From Ruditapes philippinarum (Eukaryota), in assembly GCF_026571515.1 (NCBI RefSeq), contig NW_026866507.1, forward strand, positions 124,001 to 188,000: a stretch of DNA of 64,000 nt, written 5' to 3'. This document shows, one piece after another, positions 27,101 to 36,348 of this stretch (the stretch's first letter is position 1; the number at the start of each line of letters is the position of its first letter). A program made the translations under genes and the position numbers. Under the pieces are notes generated by a model, which did no database searches, was not told where the DNA came from, and saw only the letters and a program-made list of their open reading frames with translations.

Positions 27101-27450
27101 AGTTGGTATAGGGCCGAGTTGACTCTTTTCCTCATTTTATTGTAGATTTGCAATCTTATGTCGTATATGTTCTCAACAAAATGTGTTTTCTTTTTCTAGG
27201 TTGTGTAGTTTGGTATGGACATTGACGGCAGGAACTTGAAATTAACTGTGGAGCACTACCTCAAGTTAAATTGAATATCAGATCTGTCGCGAATACATGT
27301 GACAAATGTAAATTGCCGATTATTAGGATGTCTTTGTTCTATAAGAAAATAAAATTATAATATATAAATTAGCAGTGTTACCTTTCCAGTCACTTCGCTA
27401 TAGTTTAAAGAAGGGTGGTCAGTAAGAAGTGATTTTAATTTCTTTGACAT
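15178..27450 (-). CDS. SURF2: Surfeit locus protein 2, complete, 6 coding exons, 241 aa
   Basis: Exons (minus): 27450-27382 MSKKLKSLLTDHPSLNYSEVTGK; 22304-22147 VTCSLSGHEMP..YVTGKKY..PHLVPSTKKHH; 20536-20433 HQLFCTLTMCHVNK..HVERHVNGGKF; 18459-18295 WEECQRTG..SDTDSLSDLYP; 17617-17448 acidic; 15237-15178 basic tail and TGA. All GT-AG and phase-compatible, 726 nt. Motifs match SURF2 as I recall it (HPSL, CxLxGHE, GKKY, PHxVPSTK, HQLFCxLT, EECQ, DLYP). AATAAA at 15144-15139. Confidence 0.92.
15553..17063 (-). mobile_element. HINE/pearl-like element with ~10 x ~145 bp internal repeats, SURF2 intron 5
   Basis: ACAAGAGGGCCATGATGGCCCT hairpin end, subterminal GCTCACCTGA, terminal palindrome AGCTCACCCTGAGC-AA-GCTCAGGTGAGCT, GACG microsatellite; GTGACCTA recurs at ~145 bp spacing 15706-16857. 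Confidence 0.85.
17700..18220 (-). mobile_element. Old degenerate HINE remnant
   Basis: Ends AAAGCTCACTTTCATGCTCAGGAGAGCTAAAA, a decayed form of the palindrome at ~17033-17063; scattered TTTGACC monomer remnants. Confidence 0.45.
18521..18973 (-). mobile_element. Short HINE, same family as 22720-23960
   Basis: Same end ACTAGACCTATCACTGAAGGTGATTAATACCCCCACC, ~1.5 monomers, GACC/GACA microsatellite, GTTTGTGGGGGTATAAT terminus. Confidence 0.8.
20504..22045 (-). repeat. 47 bp minisatellite made of the SURF2 intron2/exon3 junction (~28 units)
   Basis: Unit (minus) ACATTTACTTTCAG|GCACCAGTTGTTCTGTACACTGACCATGTGTCA; junctions at 20536 (true), 20583, 20630, 20677, 20724, 20771, 20818, continuing after a SINE to ~22040. 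Confidence 0.95.
20834..21065 (-). mobile_element. 5'-truncated tRNA SINE (V-domain/RUDI-like) inserted in the minisatellite
   Basis: B box GGTTCGAATCCC, body GGAAGCTATCCAGCTAGCTTACGGAACGTCGGTGGTTCTAC...GAAATAATGCACGG, (AAAC)n tail, 13 bp TSD GAAAGTAAATGTT (20821-20833, 21066-21078). Family name is from memory of the V domain. Confidence 0.85.
22720..23960 (-). mobile_element. HINE with ~140-147 bp internal repeats, SURF2 intron 1
   Basis: ACTAG end with hairpin ATCAC-TGAAG-GTGAT, subterminal ATACCCCCAC inverted at far end (GTGGGGGTAT), monomers with GACCTTGACCCCAGGGG, GACC/GACG microsatellite present twice. Confidence 0.85.
24282..25859 (-). mobile_element. HINE with ~9 x ~166 bp internal repeats, SURF2 intron 1
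   Basis: ACAAG end with hairpin ACTGTC-GGAG-GACAGT, subterminal AGCTCGACTATTC inverted in terminal palindrome AGCTCGATTATTC-TGC-GAATAGTCGAGCT; CCTTCAGTAGTTATGGAGA recurs at ~166 bp spacing 24421-25752. Confidence 0.85.
26160..26329. mobile_element. 170 bp MITE with CAGTGATTTT TIRs
   Basis: CAGTGATTTT...AAAATCACTG; internal TTGGGAA repeats; flanks ACCGT/ACTGT. Confidence 0.55.
26405..27131. mobile_element. MITE with repeated AACTCGGC(C/A)C subterminal motifs
   Basis: Left (A/G)CTCGGC x5, right inverted GCCGAGTTG x3; CCAACTCGGCACGGGTCAACTCGGCCCACTTT is inverted at the right end; flanks TCATTTA/TCATTTT. Confidence 0.75.
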
Positions 27451-27563
27451 TTTCACGTGTTGTTGTTTTTTACTTTGTTATCTCCCTTTGATCAAGGATC
27501 GACTAAAAAATTGCAGACCGTTATTTCCCGTACTTTAAAGTTTAAAGTCTGTCACCGTTTTCA

Positions 27564-27933
27564 TACGGTGGCACAGAGGTGACATGTTTGTGTTTTTTTT
27601 ATCTATCTCATGCTATGTAGTGCACACAAGTTACCATGTCAACGTAAGTAGCTCAAAGCTCACGACATACTAACTCGTGCTCAAGACATAATAACTCGTG
27701 CTTACGACACAGTTACTCGTGTGCACAACTTAAAATTTTATCTCGTGCGTACGATCTTAAGTAACTCGTGTACACGATGTAGTATCTCATGCGCACGACA
27801 TAGCACCTCGTGAGCAACTTTTTATTTCGTGCGCAAGACTTAGTAACACGTGCGCAAAGTATCTCGTGCGCACGACATATTATCTCGTGCGCACGAGATA
27901 AATAAAAACATACATATATCATCTTTGTGCCAT
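27564..27933. mobile_element. MITE with ~21 bp-period CTCGTGCGCACGA palindromic repeats
   Basis: Imperfect TIR TGGCACAGAGG..ATGTTTGTGTTTTT / AAAAACATACAT..CTTTGTGCCA; paralogous copy at ~48544-48882. Confidence 0.6.
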
Positions 27934-28009
27934 ATTGTCAATCTCAAAATAATGTGCATTAAATAGATCTAATCATTTGTTATACCCATGAGAATAGTAG
28001 GTCTATGAT

Positions 28010-28646
28010 GACTGACTCACTTACTCTCTCACTCACTCACTAGTTTAACTAACTTACTGACTGACTGACTGACTGACTAACTAAATAACCCAACTAATAA
28101 CTAATCCAACTAACTAAACTAACTAACTAACTAAACTAACTAACTAACGATCTAACTAACTGACTGACTGACTGACTAACTAACTAACCCAACTAACTAA
28201 CCCAACTAACTTACCCAACTAACAAACTAACCCAATTAACTAACCCAACTAACTAACTAACTAACCCAACTAACTAACTAACCCAACTAACTAACTAACT
28301 TACTAACTAACCCAACTAACTAACCCAACTAACTTACTAACTAACCTAACTAACTAACTAACCCAACTAACTAACTAACTAACTTACTAACTAACAAACC
28401 CAACTAACTAACTAACTAACTAACTAACCCAACTAAATAACAACTAACTAACTAACTAACACAACTAACTAACTAACTAACAACTGACTAACTAACTAAC
28501 CAACAATCTAAATAACCCAACTAATTAACTATAACTAACCCGCTAACTTACCGGCTAACTAACTAACCAATCCACTAACTGACTTACTAAGAACTAATTA
28601 ACTGACTGACTGACTGACTAACTGACTGACTGACTGACTGACTGAC
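28010..28646. repeat. Compound microsatellite (ACTC/ACTG/ACTA/AACCC)
   Basis: Direct reading of tetra/pentanucleotide runs. Confidence 0.95.
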
Positions 28647-29228
28647 ACATTGGGAACCTTATCTAATTATTGTTATCAAAATAAGAATAATTAGCCTCTA
28701 TAAACACCCTAACATATAGACCTAAGAGTTCATATATCACCGTAGGGAACGTGTTACAGTATCGCGTTTTTCGGTTACAGTATAGAATTTTCAAGATGGA
28801 GGATTATTTATGGGAAGAGAGGTAGGTGATTTTTATTCAGGTCCATACTACTAGTAGTTAAGTTTTTAAAAGATGTTTTTGTGCTTTGCTTGTAAGGAAC
28901 AGAATCCGGTATCTAGTCATATATTTCATCAGACCCTGCACCGCAGATTTATCTCTATATTGTCTCATAAATGTGCAGATTTGACATTTTAAAAATTTGA
29001 ATCGAGGGACCAACGCATTTTTCTCCCATTCCGACATTATCTAAGCATGCCTAGATAAAGTAAATCTACAAAACGTTAGTCCTTTATATTTAGAAACGTC
29101 TATAAAAGTAAATGACCAGTTGAACCTATTTTCCTGTTGGTAAAATGCGTTTGAAAAAATAAACAATGTTACAGTATAGAGCGAGTTTAATTTTGGAGGG
29201 TAACAGCATAGACCTAGCGACTTTGACC

Positions 29229-29418
29229 TGTAGTGTTGTTAGTATTTAGAGATTAGCTCCGCCTACTTGATTAAATATGCACACTCTGAGAACTCTCTCT
29301 CTGAGCCCTCTTTGATAGACAGTTTGGATTACACATGCAATGTAGCAACATCTCTGTGAATACTCTTGTAAATAAATCTTAGAATAGAATGTTTATATTG
29401 AGTTTTCAATACAGTACA
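29229..29418 (+). repeat. 5' LTR
   Basis: Identical by eye to 34277-34466; contains AATAAA. Confidence 0.95.
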
Positions 29419-29419
29419 A

Positions 29420-29432
29420 TGGCGACGAGGAT
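29420..29432 (+). promoter_or_regulatory. Primer binding site, probably tRNA-Ser(GCU)
   Basis: TGGCGACGAGGAT one base after the LTR; complementary to ATCCTCGTCGCCA, the metazoan tRNA-Ser(GCU) 3' end as I recall it. Confidence 0.8.
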
Positions 29433-29583
29433 TTAAAAAGAAAATTGGATAACATGATATTTGTTGATTAAATTAAATAAGTGAACACCGGAAATTTACA
29501 CATTTTGGAATTTAAAGTTTAAAACACTTTTCCTGGACTTTGTTACAACTTAGCTCTATCAATAATACTGATACAGTGACAGT

Positions 29584-32500
29584 ATGGCACAAGGATTGCC
29601 AGTTTTTCCATCATTTGGTGTAAGTGAACCTGGTGTTGACACAAGATGGAGGAAGTGGACAGGTCGATTCGAAAACTTAATGATTGGCATGGACATTAAA
29701 GATAAAAAACGTCAGAGAGCCTTATTTCTACACTATGCAGGGGAAGAGGTAAATGACATTTTCGACGTACTGCAGAATACAGGGGATGACTACGAATCAG
29801 CAAAGATAAAGCTAACAGAGTACTTTGCCCCCAAGAAAAACACAGAATTTGAGATATATAAATTTAGACAGGCAAAACAGGAATCTAATGAAAACATTGA
29901 TAGTTTTCACACACGTTTAAGACACTTAAGTATAAACTGTGAATTTTCGGAAACAGACAAAGAAATTAAGTCACAAATCATTCAAGGCTGCACCTCAACT
30001 CGACTGCGTCGCAAAGCACTACGCGATGACCTGACATTAGACAGTCTCATCAAAGAAGCAAGGACACTAGAACTATCAGATCAACAAGCATCTGAAATTG
30101 AAGGTCAAACAAAATATGACGCCGTTAATGCTATGAAATCACGAAAAAGACAAAATCAAAAGGCGCAAAAAGAAAGACGCAGACACATCATTAAGGAATC
30201 AATATGCAGATACTGTGGCTATGAATATCCACACAAATCAGGAAAATGCCCAGCCAGTGGAAAAACATGTACATATTGCTCAAAGAAAAATCATTTTGAA
30301 GCAGTGTGCTTGTCAAAGAAACGGGACAATAACTTCACATGCCAGCTTAATGACAGCTCACAAAGTGAAAGTGATAAGGACAAAGAAAGTGAAGATGAAA
30401 ACGAAATATATGGACTATCTGTCAATTCTATGCAATTACAAAGACCAAGGCTGAAAGTGCATATCAACGGCTGTAAAATTAAAGCATTAATTGATACAGG
30501 ATCATCAATAAATGTAATTGACGAAAACACGTACTCAAAGCTTCAAAATAAAGTTCATCTTAAGAGAGCACACACCAAAGTCTATGCATATGGTGCTAGT
30601 AAAGTTACCTTATTAGGCAAGTTCCAAGCACAAATTGAATCTAAAAACAAAATAACAACAGCTCCAGTATATGTGACAAAGGGCGCCAGCGGTAATCTTC
30701 TCTCTTATCAGACATCTGTTGACCTCAATATCATTCCAGAAATAAACACAGTCACAGACAGCAAGGTCGATGAACTCTGCAAAAAGTACCAAACCGTGTT
30801 CACAGGCATGGGGAAAATGAAAGCAACAAAAGTCAAACTATATGTGGATAAAAATGTTCAACCTGTTACGCAACCACATAGACGAATACCTTTCCACTTA
30901 AGAAAACAAGTTGAAAATGAGCTTCAGAGGCTTGAGGACCTAGATATCATTGAAAAAGTTGAGGGTCCCACAGACTGGGTATCACCCATTGTAGTAGCTC
31001 CAAAGCCAAAAACTAACCAAATAAGGATATGTGTCGACATGAGGCTACCGAATCAAGCCATAAAGCGTACAAGACATATTATTCCAACAATTGATGACAT
31101 GATTGTGGACTTAAGTGGTGCCAAAGTTTTCTCTAAACTCGATTTAAATCATGGATATCACCAATTAGAACTGTCAGAGGAATCACGCAACATTACAACA
31201 TTTACAACACATGTTGGATTAAGACGATATAAACGCCTCAGTTTCGGAATCAATAGTGCAGCAGAAATATTCCAAAATGCTTTAAGTACGGCTCTAGAAG
31301 GTCTGAACGGCGTGAGAAACATTTCCGATGATGTCATTATATGGGCTGGCGACCAAGCAGAACATGACAGAAGACTTGAGGCAGTGTTAAAGCGACTTGA
31401 GCAGAAAAACTTAACTTTGAATAAAAGCAAATGTGAGTTTAATAAGCAAAAACTTGAATTCTTTGGGTACATTTTCAGTAAAGATGGAATGTCAGCAGAC
31501 CCTAAGAAAATTGACACAATTAAAAAGACACAGCCTCCAAAAACAGTTTCAGAAGTCAGAAGTTTCCTAGCAATGACAAATTACGTGTCACGCTTTATCC
31601 CAAATTACAGCACTATAGCAGAGCCAATACGTCGTCTGATAAAGAAAAACGCAAAATGGGCATGGCAAAATGAACAAGACGAAGCATTCAACAAACTGAA
31701 ATCTATTTTGAGTAGTGATACAGTCATGACATACTTTGATCCTAATAAGGAAACACAAATAATCACAGATGCATCTCCAGTCGGAGTAGCTTCAATTATG
31801 CTCCAAGAAGGTAAAGTTGTGTGTTATGCAAGCAGATCACTGACAGATGTTGAACGAAGCTCTTACAGTCAACAAGAGAAAGAAAACTTAGCATTAGTTT
31901 GGTCATTAGAACATTGGCACATATACTTATTTGGACATAAATTCACAGTCATAACTGATGCAAAATTTCTTGAGAATATCTACAATAATCCTAAATCAAA
32001 ACTTGGATCTGCAAGACTGGAACGTTGGAGAATGCGTCTGTTATCATATGACTTCAGGATCGTGCACAAACCTGGAGAGTCAAACATGTCAGATTATCTA
32101 AGCAGACATCCAGACACAGGACAAGGCAGCAAATCAAGCATAGCTGAAGAATATGTAAGTTTTCTTGCATATCATGATGTACCTGTTGCAATGAACATGA
32201 ATGAAATTATTCAGGCAACTTCTACGGACAATGACCTCCAAATGGCCATTAAATCCATAAAGACGGGTTGTTGGAGCAACACCAATAAAAATAAAGTATT
32301 TGATACGTTCTCTCGCTGTAAGAATGAATTATCGGTAGTAAATCTCCAGGGAGGTGAAATCTTACTGCATGAATCAAGAATTGTTATTCCTAAGCAGTTG
32401 CAAGATAAAGCGATATCATTAGCTCATGAAGGTCATCAGGGAATTGTTAAAACCAAACAACTGTTAAGAGAGAAAGTGTACTTCCCAGGCATGGATCAAC

Positions 32501-33567
32501 AAGTTGAAAATATGTGCAAAGGCTGCATTCCGTGCTTAGCAGCAACAAATTCAAAACAGCATGAACCTTTAAACATGAGTGATATGCCAAAATACCCATT
32601 TCAAATGATTAGTTTGGATTTTTGTGGCCCATTTCCAGATGGAAAATATCTGCTTGTACTAATTGACGAATATTCACGTTTTCCTTTCGTAGAAGTCTTA
32701 AATTCCATAACAGGAAATACAGTGATCCCTGTGCTGGACAAAATATTCTCAGAAACCGGAATTCCTGAAATTCTCAAGTCAGACAACGGCAGTCCTATGA
32801 ACTCTCACCTATTTAAAAGCTTTGCAAAACACATGGGCTTCAAACATAGGAAAATAACCCCATTATGGCCACAAGCAAATGCCGAATGTGAGCGATTCAT
32901 GAAAACCATAGGCAAGTCAATACGAGCTTCTCATGTGCACCATACAAACTGGAAACAAGACATGTATGCATTTTTAAGGAATTATAGATCTACACCACAT
33001 GGGACAACGGCCGAAACTCCTGCACAATTGTTCTACGGGAGGCCTATTAACATCAAAATTCCCATGGTTCAAAAACAAAAGAAATCTAAAAATGACATAA
33101 AGGCCAGAGAAAATGACAGAAAATCAAAACAAAAAATGAAAGAATACGCTGATAAACGAAGAAACGCTCGGAAAACTGAAGTTAAAATAGGCGACAGTGT
33201 GTTAGTAAAGCAAACCAAACAAAACAAACTCACAACTCCATACGACCCTAAACCGTATGAAGTAACCAAGAAAAAAGGATCAATGATAACGGCAGAGCGA
33301 GAAGACAAACACATCACTAGAAATTCATCACATTTTAAACGTGTCGGCAACTCTCAACCCCAAAGTCTAAATGGAAATTCTCCTTTAAATGTCGAGGGTG
33401 AACACAGCAATACAGAACCAATTTACAACGAAACGAGCATAGAATCACAATCCGATGAAAGCACAATGTTTGAAACCTTACCTACATCAAATGAGTATAC
33501 CTCTTTGCGAAGATCTGAAAGGCACAGAAAACCATCTGACTATTTAAAGGATTATATGTGTAAATAG
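29584..33567 (+). CDS. Gag-Pol polyprotein, 1327 aa (Gag with two zinc knuckles, PR, RT, RNase H, integrase)
   Basis: CRYCGYEYPHKSGKC and CTYCSKKNHFEAVC; LIDTGS; RICVDMR..FSKLDL..ISDD; TDASPVG; AHEGHQG..CKGCIPC; SLDF, SDNG, NAECER. Order PR-RT-RH-IN is Ty3/Gypsy. Confidence 0.97.
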   Translation: MAQGLPVFPSFGVSEPGVDTRWRKWTGRFENLMIGMDIKDKKRQRALFLHYAGEEVNDIFDVLQNTGDDYESAKIKLTEYFAPKKNTEFEIYKFRQAKQESNENIDSFHTRLRHLSINCEFSETDKEIKSQIIQGCTSTRLRRKALRDDLTLDSLIKEARTLELSDQQASEIEGQTKYDAVNAMKSRKRQNQKAQKERRRHIIKESICRYCGYEYPHKSGKCPASGKTCTYCSKKNHFEAVCLSKKRDNNFTCQLNDSSQSESDKDKESEDENEIYGLSVNSMQLQRPRLKVHINGCKIKALIDTGSSINVIDENTYSKLQNKVHLKRAHTKVYAYGASKVTLLGKFQAQIESKNKITTAPVYVTKGASGNLLSYQTSVDLNIIPEINTVTDSKVDELCKKYQTVFTGMGKMKATKVKLYVDKNVQPVTQPHRRIPFHLRKQVENELQRLEDLDIIEKVEGPTDWVSPIVVAPKPKTNQIRICVDMRLPNQAIKRTRHIIPTIDDMIVDLSGAKVFSKLDLNHGYHQLELSEESRNITTFTTHVGLRRYKRLSFGINSAAEIFQNALSTALEGLNGVRNISDDVIIWAGDQAEHDRRLEAVLKRLEQKNLTLNKSKCEFNKQKLEFFGYIFSKDGMSADPKKIDTIKKTQPPKTVSEVRSFLAMTNYVSRFIPNYSTIAEPIRRLIKKNAKWAWQNEQDEAFNKLKSILSSDTVMTYFDPNKETQIITDASPVGVASIMLQEGKVVCYASRSLTDVERSSYSQQEKENLALVWSLEHWHIYLFGHKFTVITDAKFLENIYNNPKSKLGSARLERWRMRLLSYDFRIVHKPGESNMSDYLSRHPDTGQGSKSSIAEEYVSFLAYHDVPVAMNMNEIIQATSTDNDLQMAIKSIKTGCWSNTNKNKVFDTFSRCKNELSVVNLQGGEILLHESRIVIPKQLQDKAISLAHEGHQGIVKTKQLLREKVYFPGMDQQVENMCKGCIPCLAATNSKQHEPLNMSDMPKYPFQMISLDFCGPFPDGKYLLVLIDEYSRFPFVEVLNSITGNTVIPVLDKIFSETGIPEILKSDNGSPMNSHLFKSFAKHMGFKHRKITPLWPQANAECERFMKTIGKSIRASHVHHTNWKQDMYAFLRNYRSTPHGTTAETPAQLFYGRPINIKIPMVQKQKKSKNDIKARENDRKSKQKMKEYADKRRNARKTEVKIGDSVLVKQTKQNKLTTPYDPKPYEVTKKKGSMITAEREDKHITRNSSHFKRVGNSQPQSLNGNSPLNVEGEHSNTEPIYNETSIESQSDESTMFETLPTSNEYTSLRRSERHRKPSDYLKDYMCK

Positions 33568-34276
33568 TGTTAAATAGTGGCATAATAATCCACTAAAAGT
33601 TAGCTAAATGAGTGAAAACCACCTGTATATATATGATATATATGACTATTTAGAAGAATAAATGTATAAACAGTGTTAAACAGTGGCATAATAATCCACT
33701 AAAAATTAGCTTCAACATTCATTCAAACAAACGAGTTCGATTATTTTAACTGTCGGTGTGCACAAACATTCAAAACAGGGATTTAATATAACTGCTGATA
33801 ATCATACAATTCTTTACTATGTGCTTAAATCTCCAGAGGAAAATGGAATACAAGTATAAATGAAACATTCAATTAGCATTTTGATACTTAAACTATTTGT
33901 GTATCATTTAGATTCTATCTTCAATCTTTATTCTAATTTGTTTTATTTCATGCTGATAAAACCTGTTTGTATTCTGTAAACATTGAAAATTTACTCAACA
34001 CAGTTTAGACGTTAAGTTAATTTATTGGACTACGGACAGTCAGTAACTTTCTAGACTTATTGCCTCTAGAACATAAACTGAGATTTAATGTGATAGCAAT
34101 CAAGAGACTATCATTACTGGATATAAAATAATCATTAAATTGTAGTGGCAGCGCCAGCGTGAAATAAACACCTGTGAATCAATGGATATCTGAGACAATA
34201 ACATTACTGTCAGACAAATAATTAATGTCCTTCATTAGGACTGACCAGTGAACTTTAAACCTAAGCAAGGCGGAGA

Positions 34277-34466
34277 TGTAGTGTTGTTAGTATTTAGAGA
34301 TTAGCTCCGCCTACTTGATTAAATATGCACACTCTGAGAACTCTCTCTCTGAGCCCTCTTTGATAGACAGTTTGGATTACACATGCAATGTAGCAACATC
34401 TCTGTGAATACTCTTGTAAATAAATCTTAGAATAGAATGTTTATATTGAGTTTTCAATACAGTACA
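34277..34466 (+). repeat. 3' LTR
   Basis: Identical by eye to the 5' LTR. Confidence 0.95.
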
Positions 34467-35249
34467 TGATCCAATTTTGTTACAGTTTATACCCAGATTT
34501 CGGTTACAGTTTAGATACTTGCCAAATTTCAAACAAAGTTCGTTATGAAATGACTCATATCCTTCTATTTAATACATTCTTGAAAGGTTGTATTACTTTT
34601 TTTCTTCAGCAGAAAAGTTATAGTTTGCTATTTTTCTTACTTTAAGTTTCAGATTGAGACTTTTTGCAGAATAAGTAATGTCCTAAGTAAGGACTGTTTT
34701 CACGACAACAACAGTAACTTTTATCGAATTGTATTGAGAGAAGAAAGATTATTGCTTGATTTCATTACACATTATAATAATGCCCATTAGTAATAATATA
34801 GAGAAAAAAGAATCCTTAACAGAAGTCCAACACAGAAAACATGAAAATGTTGCAGGCTCAGTTTGATTAAACCTGTTCATGGACGGTAGTGGTAACTGCA
34901 ACCTACCGTCCACGCCTCCTAGCACCGGCTGTGGATGTGTTCATATGGCGGTTATCATGGAACCTTCAATGTGAGACGTTATTGCCATTCTATGAAAAGC
35001 GGCATATTACTCCCAGGTTAAAAACTGCGTGTGCCCTAAAAGAGAATACAATGAGTGAAACTAAATAAAATGAAATTTTGAGAGGGGATCAGAGGTTATG
35101 AAGCCTGCATACCATAGATAAGCTGCCAAAAGACACAATTAACAAGCAGGCAATACCCTAAGAATGATTAAACAGTATTTAAGTGAGCAATACTGCAACC
35201 TTAAATTTTATTTTAAGTTGGAATAATGTATTTTGTAAGTATTTTAAAG

Positions 35250-35512
35250 GGTTTGTTGTTGGCTTTCTTGGATTTTAAGTTTCAACGACACTGAGGTCAT
35301 GTGAAAACATTCCTGCTTTAGTGTAAAGAAAGACCCCAGATACCCTTTGTGAAACATTTCAGACACGAGTGGGCATCTGACTAGAACCACCGACCTTCCG
35401 TAAATTAGCTTGATAGATTCCTCACAAACAACGAATCCAAAGTCATGATTGGATTTCAACTACAGCAGTAAATGAAAGATGATTTGATGTGGACGGCCTT
35501 ATCCCGACTCTG
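35250..35512 (-). mobile_element. Degenerate V-like SINE inside the DNA transposon
   Basis: Shares AGAACCACCGAC(C/G)TTCCGTAA, GAAGACC and GAATCCAAAGTC with the SINE at 20834-21065. Confidence 0.7.
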
Positions 35513-35844
35513 CCACTATTATGTACCTCAATCAGGCTCACTAGAGAAGATATTGTAATTGTCTGACCTTAATTTATACTCTATAACTTTCAATATTATT
35601 TTCTTTTTCAGAAACATGAAAACTGCTATACAGGATGTCTGAAATAAAAAAAAAACGACTTTTAATTTAATAATGACAAAATAATCGTAACTTCAACAAA
35701 GAAGCATTCGAAATGACGCCATGATCATGATTTTATTTGAATGATTTTGGTTCGAGATGAGAAGGGTCTTTAAACATTGCCTTTTCATAAAATCTATGTT
35801 TTAGGTTTTCGTATCTCCGATTGCAACCGAAACTATTTGAACAA

Positions 35845-35987
35845 CTTGTTTGTTTGTTTGTTTGTTTGTTTCATTTTACGCCTTTTCCCAACAGTATTTC
35901 AGTCATATAGGCGGGTAGTTTCCTTACCATCGTTCCTGGAGAGTTTCACCAGTACTAGACTACCTTCCTCCGCGCTAAACTACCAAA
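35845..35987 (-). mobile_element. SINE 3' fragment with (AAAC)n tail
   Basis: TTGT repeats then ACAGTATTTCAGTCATAT...TTCCTGGA...CACCAGTACT; resembles the diverged plus-strand SINE at ~40920-41190. Confidence 0.55.
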
Positions 35988-35988
35988 G

Positions 35989-36348
35989 CAACTTAATTGG
36001 TAGAAAGTCATGTAAATTTCATCACATTTAGTCAAGAATTTACTGAGCGGATGAGATTGCACACACATGTGTACGACAGACGGACGAATAGCCATCGGGC
36101 CAATTTTAAAAGTCTATGTATCATTCATGCATTTTACCTTGTATATATAGAAAATATTGAAGTCTAACAACTTAATTGGTAGAAAGTCATGTAAATTTCA
36201 TCACATTTAGTCAAGAAGTTACTGAGCGGATGAGATTGCACACACATGTGTACGACATACGGACGAATAGCCATCGGACCAATTTTAAAAGTCTATGTAA
36301 CATTCATACATTTTACCTTGTATATTATATAGAAAATATCGAAGTCTA
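35989..36348. repeat. Two tandem copies of a ~180 bp unit
   Basis: CAACTTAATTGGTAGAAAGTCATG...GAAGTCTAA repeated at ~35989 and ~36168. Confidence 0.9.

Larger units (their letters stand above)
29229..34466 (+). mobile_element. Full-length Ty3/Gypsy (Mag-like) LTR retrotransposon
   Basis: 190 bp LTRs TGTA...TACA, PBS, purine-rich tract AAGCAAGGCGGAGA before the 3' LTR, flanks TGACC/TGATC, single gag-pol ORF. Confidence 0.97.

Noticed and set aside
33568-34276. env-like gene in the LTR element
   Set aside because: No ORF of meaningful length between pol and the 3' LTR.
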